Source: Vicugna vicugna (taxonomy: Eukaryota). Taken from it: a DNA stretch of 64,000 nt. Each line of letters starts with the position of its first letter. Position 1 is the first letter of the stretch. The notes beneath the pieces were generated by a model that was given only the letters and a program-made list of their open reading frames with translations, did no database searches and was not told the origin of the DNA. Below are positions 49,860 through 62,867 of this stretch, one piece after another. Made by a program: the position numbers and the translations under genes. The DNA is taken from contig MU058844.1 in NCBI GenBank assembly GCA_013265495.1, forward strand, positions 8,615,490-8,679,489, read 5' to 3'.

Positions 49860-52110
49860 TTTGACTGCTGTAGGTCTCCTCGAGAATATTCTGGTGAAAT
49901 TTACCAGCTAGAATATAAATGGAGGTCTTTCAGGAGCTGCTGTGTACCAACCAGGTATCTTTTAGCAGATAATTTCTGCTTTCTTAGGATTGCTTATTAT
50001 AAATAAACCTATAATGGATTTATGAGACACAACTGCACTGGAAAATAGAAGTTAGCCATATAATCTCTGTAGCTGCATGAATAGTAAAATATAAAACCTG
50101 AGCAAACCCCAAACTAAGTATCTTCTCTGTGAAATTTGTAACAGTCTTTGTTAATGCTGGTCACTCTAATGTAAAACACATTTCAGAGTATAAGTGATTT
50201 TAAGAAGGTGGGTCTGATGGGGTTTGGGCAACCTAGATTGCGGCTCCTTTTTTGTGACCTTTGTGAATCAGGAGTAAAGCTCGGTGCTGGGTAAGACTTG
50301 TTCTATGTGAGTCTAATTGAGAATTGAACCCTTTGGAGGAAGGCAGTGTGATTACTTGAACTAAAGATGAACGGAAGCTCTGTAAACCAGGCATGTGGGA
50401 TTAATGACCTAGCAAAATCTAAGTCTCTCTGATTTAATGTTAAAGTAACTTCAAATTAGGGAGCATCTGTGAGAAGGTAGAAGGAGAGACGTGCTGAAGT
50501 AACATCAATACCACCTCAGAGCCAAATACGTAAATCCTTCTTCTTTATAATCCTTACATTTGAAGGTGACTAACTAGCAGATGGAGGGAATGGATGATGC
50601 ATTCTTGACACAAACTACAGAGCTGGCACAGAGGCAAAATGAGGGCCTTTCTGGACATCTGCTGGAAGTCTCAGTTGGCTAAAATCAGAGTATCTGACAA
50701 GTTCTTGACTTGCCTTGCTGGTGACTTCATCTCCCAAAAGGCAAAGAAAGCAAGAACAGAAACTGCTATTCTAATTTTGATCCTCTTCTCAAAAGAACTG
50801 GTGGGATAGAAGAGATGGAAAGCCTTGAGGAAAAGAAACATTATTTTGGAAGTGAGAGGGCCACGAAGCCATGAAGGGAAGGCTGAACCTATATTGACCT
50901 GGTCTAGATACTGTGAAGGCCCACTCCATAAAAGTCAGGGATAGGCTCACTTCCATGAGCTAGAGCTCTGCAAGGGAAGAGAGTTGTGAGCGTATTGGTT
51001 TTCTATTGCTGCTATAACAAAATTACCATATAATTTATGGCTTAAAACAATGCCCATTTATTATCTCACAGGTTTGAGGGTTTGAAGCCTGGGCACAGAG
51101 TGGCTAGCTGGATTCTCTGCTCAAAAGGTCAAAATTAATATGATGTCTGGGCTGGAGTCTTATCTGGAGACTCTGGGGAAATTTTCACTTCTCAGCTCAT
51201 ACAGGTTGTCTACCAATTCATTTCCTTGAGGTTATATATAGGACTAAAGTTTGTATGTTTTTTGCTGACTGTGAGCCAGAGGCTAGTCTTTGCTTTTATA
51301 GGTTGCTTGTGTTCCTTCTTCTGCTATTCATGTGGCTCCTTTCAGTAACAGCAGATTGAGTCCTTCTCACATTTTAAATCTCTCTGACTTCTCCTTCTGC
51401 TGCATTTTTCTGACTCCATCTGGAGAAAATTATCTGCTTTTAAAGGCTCACGTGATTAGATTGGATGCACATGGATCATCCAGGGTACTCACCCTTTCTT
51501 AAGGTTTGTAACTTTAATTATGTCTACAAAGTCCCATTTTTCATGTAAATGGGAAGGGATTAGTGTATAGACATCTTTGGGGGCCATTCTATACATTACA
51601 GTGAAAATTTTCTTGATAAGATTTAAATTATACACAGGATCAAAGTAAGGCATGAAAAGTACAGGTAAAATTTCCCTTGAGTTCAAATTTTTAAAGAATA
51701 TATATACAAAGTTATTAGGAACTTAAATTTTAAGAATAGTGTCAGGAAGACCAATACTCTAAATGAGCTGATACAACTGAAATGTTAAAAAAAATACTCA
51801 CATGATTATTACATTTACATTTTCATTAAGAAGATAGAGAATTTTAGGCTTGGAGCAAGCTAAAAGAAGGATATTAATGAATATCCAAGAGATAAGGGAA
51901 CTTTTCCTTTAAGGTAAACGATCTTCATACTGGAAACAAATTTATTCAGGAAATGTAAGAACTAATTGTTTTAGCTGCCGAAATGAGTTGTGTCTTGGCC
52001 TCCTCTAGCTGAATGATATGCTAGGGCAGTGAGAGGATTTATAGAAAAAAGCACCAAACACAATATTTGAGGAATCATATTAAATGAGAGAGAGTCAAGA
52101 AATACAAAGT
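49860..52110 (+). mobile_element. CR1/L3 LINE 5' half (probable ORF1, endonuclease, start of RT), split by an MLT1 LTR
   Basis: MDDAFLTQ (from 50590), DICW (50654-50665), DKFLTCLA (50696-50719) and TAILILIL (50762-50785) match CR1 endonuclease motifs. aatatttgaggaatcat (~52062) fits IIFEESW. The ORF1 portion (before ~50350) is weaker. Confidence 0.75.
50991..51600 (-). mobile_element. MLT1E-like MaLR LTR
   Basis: gtattggttttctattgctgctataacaaaattacca...tggcttaaaacaatgcccatttattatctcacag...tctttgggggccattct...taca. Flanks gtgag / gtgaa are an imperfect TSD. Confidence 0.85.
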
Positions 52111-52689
52111 ATAAAAGCATTGACTCTTTCCTGTTCTGTTTAGTATTTTCAACAATGGCTTACACAAGGATACAGAAAAGTTTGCTCAGAAGAATCCTGT
52201 TCTTTAATCAGAAAGGGGAAAGTTAACAGACATTAAAACTTCCCAGGATTTGATTTGAATGTTTATTATTGGCTACTAACTAGGAATACCCATTCAAATG
52301 TTATAAATTGGTGTTGACACAAATGGCCAGATAATATTCTTAAAAAGATAAGGGAGGATTGACAGTGCCTGAAGACTCTTTTTGTGTTAAACAGAAATAA
52401 AAGTATGATATATAACAAGTTCTCATATCAATTTCCAGTTTTTCCACATTAAGGAGCTGAAAACCCTTAACCAGAATGGAAAAATAAATTTTCTTTGGTC
52501 TGACCTAAAATATTTTTATTACAGAATTTGGCAATTAAAAAATGTGTCATGTTCCTCTTGTCTTGAAGAATTTGTACTTGCAAACACTTTTTTAAAATTT
52601 CAAATTGTAAATTAAAATAATAGATTCATTTTTTAACAAGTGATTTTTGAATACCTATTATAGATCAGAGCTGGCTCCAGGCAGAGTTC

Positions 52690-54130
52690 TACTCTTTCCT
52701 GCATTTCTGTTTGTTTATGGAATCTATTTTCTTCTTCCTGAAATGCATTACTAAAGATAATTTCCTCCAGTGAGGATCTGTGGAAGGTATAATTCCTCAA
52801 TTCGTATATGTCTGAAAATGCCTCTATTTCACAAGCACTCTTAGATGATAGTTTAGCTAGGTATAAAATTCTAGGTTAATTGATTTTCAGACACTGAAAG
52901 GTATACCTTTGTCTAATGAATTTTTTTTGCTGTTGCTATTGAGAGTTCTGTCATCTACTAATTGTTATTATTTTACTCATTTTGTTGAAAATCTGTTTTC
53001 TCCCTTTGGTTGCTTCTCATTGTCTTTAGCATTTTGAAGTTTCATTATGATGTGTCAAAGTGTGGATTTGGCTTTATTTCATTTTCCTTGAATTATTTTT
53101 ATATTTCTTGATTGATAATTTTATACCCTTTATCAGTTCTTTATATTTGTTAGCTATTGTTTTTCCTTGAAAATTTGTCTCTCCCCCACTCTCTCTACTT
53201 TTTATAATGTATGCCTTTACATCCTGTCTTTTAAGTCCTTAATCTCTTTTTAGAAAACTTTTTATCACTGCCTGCTACATTTCAGATAATTTCTTCAGTT
53301 CTAACTTCTATTTTACTAATTCTCTCTTTTTTCTTCTGGTTTTATTGAGCTATAACTGACATACAGCACTGTGTAAGTTTAAGGTATACAGCATAATGAT
53401 TTGATATACATACATCACGAAGTGATTATCACAATAAGTTCAGTGAACATCCATCCTCTCATATAGATACAAAATTAAAGAAATATAAAAAATGTTTTTT
53501 TCTTGTGATAAGAACTCTTAGGATTTACTCTTAACAACTTTCATATTCAATAATTCATGCAGTGTTGTTAATTAGATTTATCAGTTGTACAATACACCCC
53601 TAGTATTTATTTATAACTGGAAATTTATACCTTTTGACTACCTTTATCCAATTCCCCCACTCTATCCTCTACCTCAGGTAACCACAGATCTGATCTTTTT
53701 TTTTTTTATAAGAGTTTGTTTGTTTTTGAAGTATAAATGACCTAAAACACTATGTTGGCTTCTGTTACCCAACACAGTGATTTGATATTTCTATACAACT
53801 AATTATCTCTTGAGCAACTGATCTACTGTTTCAAGAAGCCACTGAAGTCTATTTTTATTTCAATGAATAGATTTTCAAATTCTATAACTTCTTTGACTTC
53901 TTTTCTAAAGTTACCTGGTTTTGCTTTTTATAGATTTATTTCTCTTATTTTCAATTTTATGTATATATTTTAAAAATACCTATCTGATAATTTTTAACTA
54001 AAGAGTATATCATCTAAAATTCACAAGTCTAATTACCATATGTGAAGCTTCCACTGACTCTCATTCACAATGTTTTGTTTCCACCTATATTATAGAAGTT
54101 TGTATATTATACTTATATTTATGACAGATT
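52690..54130 (-). mobile_element. HAL1/old L1M fragment
   Basis: atgtctgaaaatgcctctatttcac...gatgatagtttagctaggtataaaattctaggtt...tgaagtttcattatgatgtgtc. Confidence 0.72.
53328..53797 (-). mobile_element. L1MA9-like 3' end nested in the older L1, with TSD
   Basis: tttattgagctataactgacatacagcactgtgtaagtttaaggtatacagcataatgatt...aactggaaatttatacctttgac. TSD actaatt(c/a)tctct. Confidence 0.85.
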
Positions 54131-54899
54131 TACCTGTGGGAATCTTATGCAACTCAACTGAATATGTTTGCTTCTATTGTTTATATATATATATAATTCA
54201 TACCCTGAACTTATATGATGGCAGGGCTTTGGAAAATTTAGGGGGAAACTTATTTGCTTCTATCAAGATTCTAGATTGGACAACTTATTATTTGTTAGGA
54301 ATTTAATCATCTTCTGGGTGTGAAATAAAACTGGTTGTTAGTGGTGGTGCTCAGCCTTTCAGTCTGCCAGGGTCTGTAAAGAAGTTCCTAGGATTTTCTT
54401 ACCTGCCCTAACTGTGTAGAAACCTTCAAGACTGTGAGAAAAATCTGGGTTTATGTTTAGATTTAGAGACTTCCCACTGGAAGAGCTAAGAAGTGAATTT
54501 AGAGGGGTTGGTTTCCTTGTAGTACTTCCATTTTTTTTATCTACTTAAAATTAGCACTCTCGAAGGTACAAAGATTACAGACAACATAAGTGAAATATTG
54601 TGAAGCACGCAGAAAAATGCTAGTATTTCTTTTATTCTTAAGTTATGTACATTGTATAACAAGGAGAAAAATGTTGGATATTTAATTTATATGTAAGACT
54701 CTAACTCATATTAATAAAAAATATGCTGAGACTTATTCATATTGTACCTTTCCTTGGAAAATCTTTGAAGACTAAGATTATTCTTTCATGCATACATAAA
54801 ACCCTCACTTTCTGACATCTTTTATCTCAAAATAACAACTACTGTTTGAGAAAATGTATAATTCCTTTGTAGCTAAAAGCTAGAAACATCTCTGCAGAG

Positions 54900-55770
54900 G
54901 TTTGGCATATTCTGGAAGCAAAAAAAAAAGTCTATGTAATCTTATTTGAACTTGAGGTGAAAATAACCAAAATTATTTTAAATTAAACATAATTCTTTTC
55001 AATGTTTTTGTACTTAAAATGTCACTAGTATATAATGACACACAACTGATATCTTAAAATGTTGGCCACATGTTTCTCACTTTACATGAGACTGCATTAG
55101 GATGGCAACTGTCAGTAGGATCTTCTGACATAAATTCAGGAATCTGATCATTTCCATTGTAGTCCCAGCTACCCATGAAGATTGTGTCAACTTCAATAAT
55201 AAGTGCAAAAGTGTCCTCACCAGAGCATGTCATGATTTTTTATTACAAATATTCAACTGAACATTAACATCATGCCAACTGCCATGATATGGTTGATGTT
55301 AGAGAGTCTACTTTGTTTCATTTTCTAAGGAACATAGATGAGTTGCACCACGAAGAATGCATAGCTGGCTAATGACTAACAGACATAGCAATTCCTCATC
55401 TACTAATTTAAAGCCACTGTTTGAATAATATAGCTTTAAAAAATTCCCCAAATGCCTTCCTTACTTAGAAATCTTGAAACAGCAGCAATGGCCTCTATGC
55501 TTTTGATTGTTATAATGATTATCATTTTCAGGTTTCATTAATCTGGAATGGAGAGCACTTTTTGGCTCATGGGATTTGTTTCTATTGTCTCACATCAGAC
55601 CTGTCAAAAATACCAGTACACCATGCACGAATCATCTGTAAAGGTGAAATATGCTTAAAAAGTGAAGGAGAGTCTTCTTTGGCTCTTTCTGTCTGCTTTT
55701 CTTGTTGCAGTTGAATTTTGATAACCAAAAGCCTCTACATTCTAAATGTTTCCAACTGCCAGTTTCTCCA
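54900..55770 (-). mobile_element. Ancient RTE-clade-like LINE, APE endonuclease remnant
   Basis: Minus-strand motifs in the correct order: KLAVGNI*NV (~55735-55765; cf. GTWNV), VVQLIYVP (55328-55351; cf. IQVYAP), LIIEVD (55186-55203; cf. LIIMGDFN), HYILV (55023-55037; cf. IDYILV). Confidence 0.6.
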
Positions 55771-56704
55771 CACTGCCCTCTTTTTTTTTTCTTGAAATTG
55801 TATTAGGATGGCAACTGTCAGTAGGACCAACTGGTTGTAGCATCTTCGACTTTTAGTTTAGTTGTGCTCATGTGAGCTATTCTGATATTGTGTACATCTA
55901 TTATGAACTATTAATGTAGAGTGGAAAGCAATGATCTCACTAACAGATCTTTCTTTTTGAGTTCTATTGCTATTAGATGCAGTAAATGTGGGTGTGTGTT
56001 GGAGGGGACAAACAAGAAAGAAAACTACAATTATTAATACCATTTTTCTAGAATAATTTCATCAATTCAACCCAATGCATATTGTTAGACATGCTTACTG
56101 TTAGATATATGGACAGTTACAAAAAGTAGTAACATCTAAGTGAATAACAAAAATTAGTGTCTACTTAAAGCAGATTAGTAGATGAAAAGTTCTAACTAGG
56201 TATTTGTATGCTACATGTCTTATTTTTAGAAAAATTTCACCACTATTTTAGGCCACTCATCACTGAAATAAGCAAGATTACAATGCAGCTATAGTAATCA
56301 TGTTTAGGCTTAACATATATTAATGTTTAATTTGGAAAAATTTTAGAATTATGATTGCTTGTATAAATTTGATATTGATGTATGTGATAAGAATTTGGAA
56401 GCTTTCTGTCTTCATGATTCTTCAGTTGTATCTGCACACATTTAACATTACCCTGATGACATCTCTGCTCCATCTCTAAGCTTCTTAAGGATATCTAAGA
56501 AGCATTAAAGCAGTAGCTTGGCATCCAACTACTTTTGCTGTTAGTCATGCTCTAATCTTTGCCCCAGAGCCAGTATTTGTGCTCTTGCCTCAAGTTTATC
56601 TTTACTGAGTGTGTCGCTGCCACATTTTTTGCCCCAATCTCTTTCATAATAAATTTAACACAGATATTATACTATATTTTCTGGTTACAGGACCTTTTGG
56701 TCCC

Positions 56705-57097
56705 TGTATTAGTTTGCTGGAGCTGTCATAACAAACCACCACAGACTGGGTGGCTTAAACAACAGAAATTTATTTTCTCACAGTTCTGCAGGCCGTAAGT
56801 TCAAGATCAAAATGTTGGCAGGGCTGGTTTCTTCTGAGGCCTCTTTCTTTAGCATGTAGATGGTTGTCTTTTCCTTACATCTTCACATGGTCTTTCTTCT
56901 GTACTGTGTTCTGTACATGTTTTTGTTCCTATTTTCTTATAAGGACGATGATCATATTGTGTCAGAGCCCATCCTAACGACTTCATTTTAACTTCATTAC
57001 CTCTTTAAAGACCCTATCCCTAAACACAGTCACATTCGGAGGTAACTCGGGTTTAGGAATTCAACTCGGGGAAACAGACATAATTCAGCCTATAAAA
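56705..57097 (-). mobile_element. MLT1A/B-like MaLR solo LTR with 5-bp TSD
   Basis: tgtattagtttgctggagctgtcataacaaaccaccacagactgggtggcttaaacaacagaaatttattttctcacagttct...ataattcagcctataa. TSD GTCCC at 56700-56704 and 57098-57102. Confidence 0.92.
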
Positions 57098-57321
57098 GTC
57101 CCCATCTTTTCTTCTTGTTACAATAGCAACAATTATTATTTTCATAGCTAACATTCACTTAGTGCTTATTATATGCCAGGCACTGTTCAACTGCTTCACA
57201 TCTACAGTGCCATAAAGACTAGAGCTCTGACCCCACATCTCAGATCTCCAACCCTGTGACATGAGTCTTGCCACCCTCTGCCAGATTCTCTGATATTAAC
57301 TGGTTGATACCTGACTTTGCA

Positions 57322-57570
57322 GAGGCAGAGGTTGCCTAGTGGTTGTAAGTGTGAGCTCTAGAGCTGGGCAGCAGGGATCTTAATTGTGGCCCTGCCCTTT
57401 ATTGGCTGATTGACCTGGACAAGTTACTAACTTCACTGTATTCTACTTTCCTCATCTGTGCAAAGAAGGAAGTGATACTGGGTAGAGAGTTGCTGATGAT
57501 TAAATAAATTAGTACAAGTAAAGCACTTAGAATTTTTCTGGGAGCATGGTCTGTGATGAAACACTGAGAT
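57322..57570 (+). mobile_element. MIR SINE
   Basis: gaggcagaggttgcctagtggtt...gagctctagagc...tgacctggacaagttac...tttcctcatctgtg...gtaaagcacttagaa. Confidence 0.8.
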
Positions 57571-58687
57571 TAATGTACCCTGCAATAATGACATTTTGGA
57601 TGGAACGTGGTTGGTAATCAGCTCCCATTCTCTGCAGTAGCCTTACCACAGTCATTTCATTAACTTCAGGCATTGTAACTTCACATTGAATAGGCTACAT
57701 TCTGCAGATTTCACATATGGTATTATGGTGGAGTTTCATGGTGCTTGTTATATTTTAACTCTTATTACTATTTCATTTTTCCTGCCACCAGGATTTCTCC
57801 ATCTGTTTCTACACTTGCCTTATGACATCTGTTATTACCTCTTACATAGGTTACACCTGCCTGAATTGCCACTCAACTGTTACTATTTGAATGCTATGCC
57901 AGCCTGACTGTGCCTCTGACTGCTGCCTGTAATAGGTTTACCCTGTTCCATAGAATATGTCTAATTCCTCACTTGGTTTGGTCATTCCAGTGCCTATTTT
58001 CCATACCTGGAATAAGGCATGAGTCCTTAAGATTCACAGTCTGCTGCAAATAACTTTGCTGTGTTTAGACCCAAATAACCAGTAGGTGACTGTGTTCACT
58101 GGGGTGATAAAATTAGTTTACTCCAGTTACTCAGCAATGCATGTCTTCAAAGCCTCTACCCTCTATCAATGTCTCTTCCAACATTTAGCTGTCAATAAAA
58201 CTCTTGGTTGCCACATGCAAGACGTTGTGGGCACAGTGGTAGTAAATGTGGAAGGTGTTATATTACACGACTTGAGTCTATTACCTTTGGAGTTATACTG
58301 ATGGGTCTGAGTACAGCTCCACTATTTACTAGCCTGATGATTTTGACCTCTGTTTCCTCATTTGTAAAGTTAGGATATTTGGACCTGTGAAGTGGATGAA
58401 GTAAAATAATTGACTAAACAATTATATGTGCCAAGTGCTTTATAACACATTATCTTATTTGATACCCATAACAATTTTCTGTCTTAAATATTATAATCAT
58501 TCTTGTTTTAGAGAGATACTATGATTCAACCACAGTATTTTATGCCTTTCTTTCTACACTCTCCTGCTGTTTTCTTGTAAAATATCTTATATTATTTGGA
58601 TGTTCAGATCTTATTTATGAGTTTCCCAGTGAGAGTCTGTCATGTTTTGTATCATGCTAAAACCAGCTCTTACTCCTATAATTATGT

Positions 58688-60160
58688 ACTATAGAACAAC
58701 TATACGGCAGTCAATCGGATAGCTTAGAAGAAATAGACAAGTTTCTAGAAACATACAGTCCACCAAAACTGAATCAAGAAGGAATAGATCATCTGAACAG
58801 CCCAATCACTAGAAGTGAAATAGAATCAGCAATAAAAAACCTTCCTGAAAACAAAAATTCAGGACCAGATGGCTTCACTGAGGAATTCTACCAAACATAC
58901 AAAAAAGAGTTCATGCTGATCCTTCTCAAACTCCTCCAAAAGACTGAAGAAGAAGGAATACTTCTAAATTCATTCTATGACGCTTCCATCATCCTGATAT
59001 CAAAGCCAGACAAAGACACTACCAAAAAAGAAAACTATAGGCCAATATTATTGATGAAAATAGATGGAAAAATCCTTAACAAGATATTACCAAACAGAAT
59101 CGAACAACACATAAAAAAGATTATACACTATGATCAAGTTGGGTTCATCCCAGGGACACAAGGATGGTTCAACATACACAAATCAATCAACGTGATACAC
59201 CACATCAACAAGAGAAAGGACAAAAATCACATGATCATCTCAATAGATGCAAAAAAAGCATTTGATAAAATTTAACACCCATTAATGTTAAAAATGCCAG
59301 AGGGAACATATCTCAACATAATAAAAGCCATTTATGACAAACTTACAGCCAGAATAATATTCAATAGGGAAAAGTTGAAAGACTTCATTTAAAAGTCTAC
59401 AAATGATAACTGCTGGAGTGGGTGTGGAGAAAAGGGAACCCTCCTACACTATTGGTGGGAATGTAGTTTGGTCCAGCTGCTATGGAAACAGTATGGAGAT
59501 TCCACAAAAGACTGAAAACAGACTTACCATATGATCCAGCAATCCCACTCCTAGGCATATATCTAGAGGGAACCTTAATTCAAAAAGATACATGTATCCC
59601 AATGTTCATAGCAGCACTATTTACAATAGCCAAGACATGGAAACAACCTAAATGTCCATCAACAGATGACTGGATAAAGAAGTTGTGGTATATTTATACA
59701 ATGGAATACTACTCAGCCACAAAAAGAATAAAACAATGCCATTTGCAGCAACATGGATGGACCTGGAGACTGTCATCCTAAGTGAAGCAAGCCAGAAAGA
59801 GAAAGAAAAATACCATATGATATCACTTATATGCGGAATCTGAAAAAAAAAAGACTAACAAACTTATTTACAAAACAGAAACAGTCTCACATACCTAGAA
59901 AACAGACTTATGGTTAGCAGGGGGAAAGAGGGTGGGAAGGGATAAATTGGTTTGGTATTTGCAGATACTAACCACTATACATAAAATAGATAAACAACAA
60001 GTTTATAATGCATAGCACAGGGAACTATATTCAATATCTTATAGTAACTAATGGTAAAAAAGAATATGAAAACAAATATATGTATGCTCACATATGACTG
60101 AATCATTATGCTGTACACCAGAAATCAACACAACATTGTAAACTGACTATATTTCAGTAA
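58688..60160 (+). mobile_element. L1 with RT fragment fused directly to the ORF2 C-terminus and 3' UTR (large internal deletion)
   Basis: ORF 58913-59275 is L1 RT ([30 protein letters not shown]). Near 59385 it jumps to aaaagtctacaaatgataactgctgg. ORF 59482-59781 is the C-terminus, followed by an artiodactyl-type 3' UTR. Confidence 0.95.
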
Positions 60161-60309
60161 ATATATATACACAAAAATACATAGTACATATTTTATGAAT
60201 AAGTAAATTAATACATTTTCTGAAAGTGAATTTATAACAAAGATTATTACATGGGGATCTGTCATGGCATTTAGAAAGAATTATATATTTTTTTACTTTT
60301 CTAACAGAA

Positions 60310-60544
60310 CAGCCATATTTGGGAAGGTATTGAAATCCCATGAATAAGAAAGATGATAGCAAAAGACACTGCAAAAGATCCTTGTTTTCAATAGAGGTCC
60401 CTTCCCTTGCCATGGGGGGGTGGTGCGGAGACTTGCACATGGCTCTCCATGGTTGCAGGCCCTGAACTGCAGTTTTCTGCTGATCCCAAATAAACCCATC
60501 TTTGCCAGAGAAATATCTGGAAATCTATTTATTTTGGTTCAACA
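60310..60544 (+). mobile_element. ERV1-type LTR 3' part (R/U5)
   Basis: ggctctccatggttgcaggccctgaactgcagttttctgctgatcccaAATAAAcccatctttgccagagaaatatctgg...ttcaaCA. Confidence 0.65.
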
Positions 60545-60639
60545 ATGACCAGAACAATTAAGTTTCTCAAATTAACATAATAAACATGTAATATAATAAA
60601 CATAAACAAAAGCTTGACTTCTTGAAGTTTATTCATTTG

Positions 60640-60860
60640 TTTACTCTGCTTTCTCCTTGACTCATTCATCTTCATAGCAATTACCACCACCTAATCTATT
60701 ATATATTTATTTTTTTAGTGGAGTATTATCCACTTACTAGGATATGAACTCCATGAGAGGAAGACTCTTTTTGTAATATATATTCTAAACCTAGATCTTA
60801 GAAGAGCCCCAGATTTATATTAGGTACTTTATAAATATTTACTGAGTGACTGAATGAATA
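60640..60860 (+). mobile_element. L2a 3' end
   Basis: cttcatagcaattaccaccac...ctaggatatgaactccatgagagg...ataaatatttactgagtgactgaatgaat. Confidence 0.75.
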
Positions 60861-60869
60861 GTTATAAAG

Positions 60870-62130
60870 TGCCATGCACTTAACCAGGTGCCAAAGTTGC
60901 AGTAAGAAACAATATAAACATGACCTCCATAATGAAAGCACTTAATTCTACTCATGGTACAGACAAGTAGGCAATTATAGGAACCAATATCACAAATACT
61001 GTGAGAGAAGGAAACAAAGCAGTAGTACCAACGCTAAAACTGGAGGAAAGCTTTCTGAAATCAAAACTGAGACCTAAAAATGTCTGAAGATCAGCCAAGT
61101 TTTTAAAAGAAGGATATAAAAGAGAGAAAACTGTTCAACATAGGAGAACTATATGTGCAATGACCCAGAAAGGAGAGAAGGAATGACCTGAATGAAATTC
61201 TATATAATTCTATTGTAAGGTGTAAATTAAGGTAAGAGGTAGATGTTAAGATGCTTTTAGCACCAAGTAATAGAAAAATCACCTCTAAATCCTTAGCTGG
61301 ATGTGCAAACAATTAAACTAGGATCCAGTTTATTCTTTCCTTTTCTCAGATCCAATACCTTGCCACTTATTCACTCTTGGCAACACAACACCTGCACTGA
61401 TAGTCTTAAAGTGACTATCAGCAGCTCCTCAAACCTACCTGTTTCCTCTGCACACACAATATAGAAAAGAAAAAGAGAATGTCAGTCATATTTAAAGAAA
61501 AATCCTGAGAGTCACTTTGCTTGGGTCAATTTAGGTCACATGAAAGCTAGGTATTGGGATGGACAGACTTGCCTTACCCAGGTCTCCTATTCGATGCTTG
61601 GAGCCTGGATGGAATCAATATTCCTAAAACCATAGGGAACAAATAGAAACTAGGGTCTTGGGAATAGGAAAATGAAAACCAAATGCATCAGCAGCTCACC
61701 TGTTGTTCTTGCCATGTAACATTAGATTGTATAATAAAAGAAACTAAGAACCGTTTAATTGAGCAGAGGAAGAAGCCACTCAGATTTTCACATTAGAAAC
61801 ATCACTCTTTCAATGTGAAGAACAGAGTGAACAGAATCAAGGCTAGAAATAGGGAAGCCAGTTAGCAGGTTTTTGTAAGGTATTATCAGTAGAGAGAGAT
61901 TGAAAATAAAAGGTTCAAGAGATATTCAACAGAATAGACAGACATTGGAGAAGATGTGGATTTAAGAAGTGAAGGAGAGAGCAAAGTCAAGGATGAACCC
62001 CCTGTGTTACAACTGGTCAAGTGAATACTTATGGTGGTACCACAGAAACCAAGGAGGAAAAACAAACCTTGTGGTGGAAAATGATGAGTTGGTTTCTGGA
62101 TATGAGTTTGACAAGTCTACAGATTATAAC
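60870..62130 (-). mobile_element. L2 fragments interrupted by an old MLT1 LTR (~61230-61680)
   Basis: L2: ggaaagctttctgaaa..ctgagacctaaaaa, aagtgaaggagagagcaaagtcaaggatga. LTR: ttaagatgcttttagcaccaagtaatagaaaa, ttgggtcaatttaggtcacatg. Confidence 0.6.
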
Positions 62131-62867
62131 CTTGAAGTTGTTTGAGCTCTCAGTGTCTTGCCATTTCAGGACATGTTAAAGATGTTATATAATTATATAA
62201 TAGAAGTAAAACTATAAAATTAGATATAACATTTACTAATTATTAGCAAAGGACCCACTTCCTTTCTGTGTTTAAGTACTTGTTCCATAATTGCTAAATC
62301 TTGATGCTATTTGTCAAAGCCAAAGGTTAGGAGGAAAAATGAAGAGCCCAGAAGCGTATAATAAATCATCTGTGCTTTCCTTTAACAAGAAACATAAGTG
62401 TATATGAAATACCACTTACTATAATGGTATAGAAATAAAGTAGAATAAGAATTAGAAATATCCTGATTCCATAAACAGAGGAGCAAGCACTAGACTGAAT
62501 AACATCAAGGTCAATAGTAACATATACAAAGAGAAAATAAAGCAAGATTTTTTTTAAGTCAAGATGAAAAAAAAATTATTATTGCAACATGGACACCCTG
62601 GATGCTTGTAAAAAGGAGAGCATCTTTACATGGGAAAATATCTACCTGAAACATCACTTGGAGGAAGAGGGCTAGGCAGTAAGATTAGCAGCTGCAGTAT
62701 GGAACTGATTCAGCAGCAGATGTGAAGCTAAACTCTTGTTTCCAAATTTGCTAGAGGGATGTAACCCCATTAGGGAGGAAGCTGAATCTAGGTTATACAA
62801 TAATGAAATAGACAAAAGGCATAGCTAAACTGTACTCCATACTAAATCAATGAGAATTTCAGTGTAA

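Noticed and set aside
55096..55826. CRISPR-like repeat or LTR pair
   Set aside because: Only two 25-bp copies with a 681-bp spacer, a eukaryotic context, no cas genes and no TG...CA LTR structure.
58913..59275. Reverse-transcriptase ORF as a novel RT/retron-like system
   Set aside because: It is an ordinary L1 RT fragment, stopped at 59275 and lacking the catalytic core.
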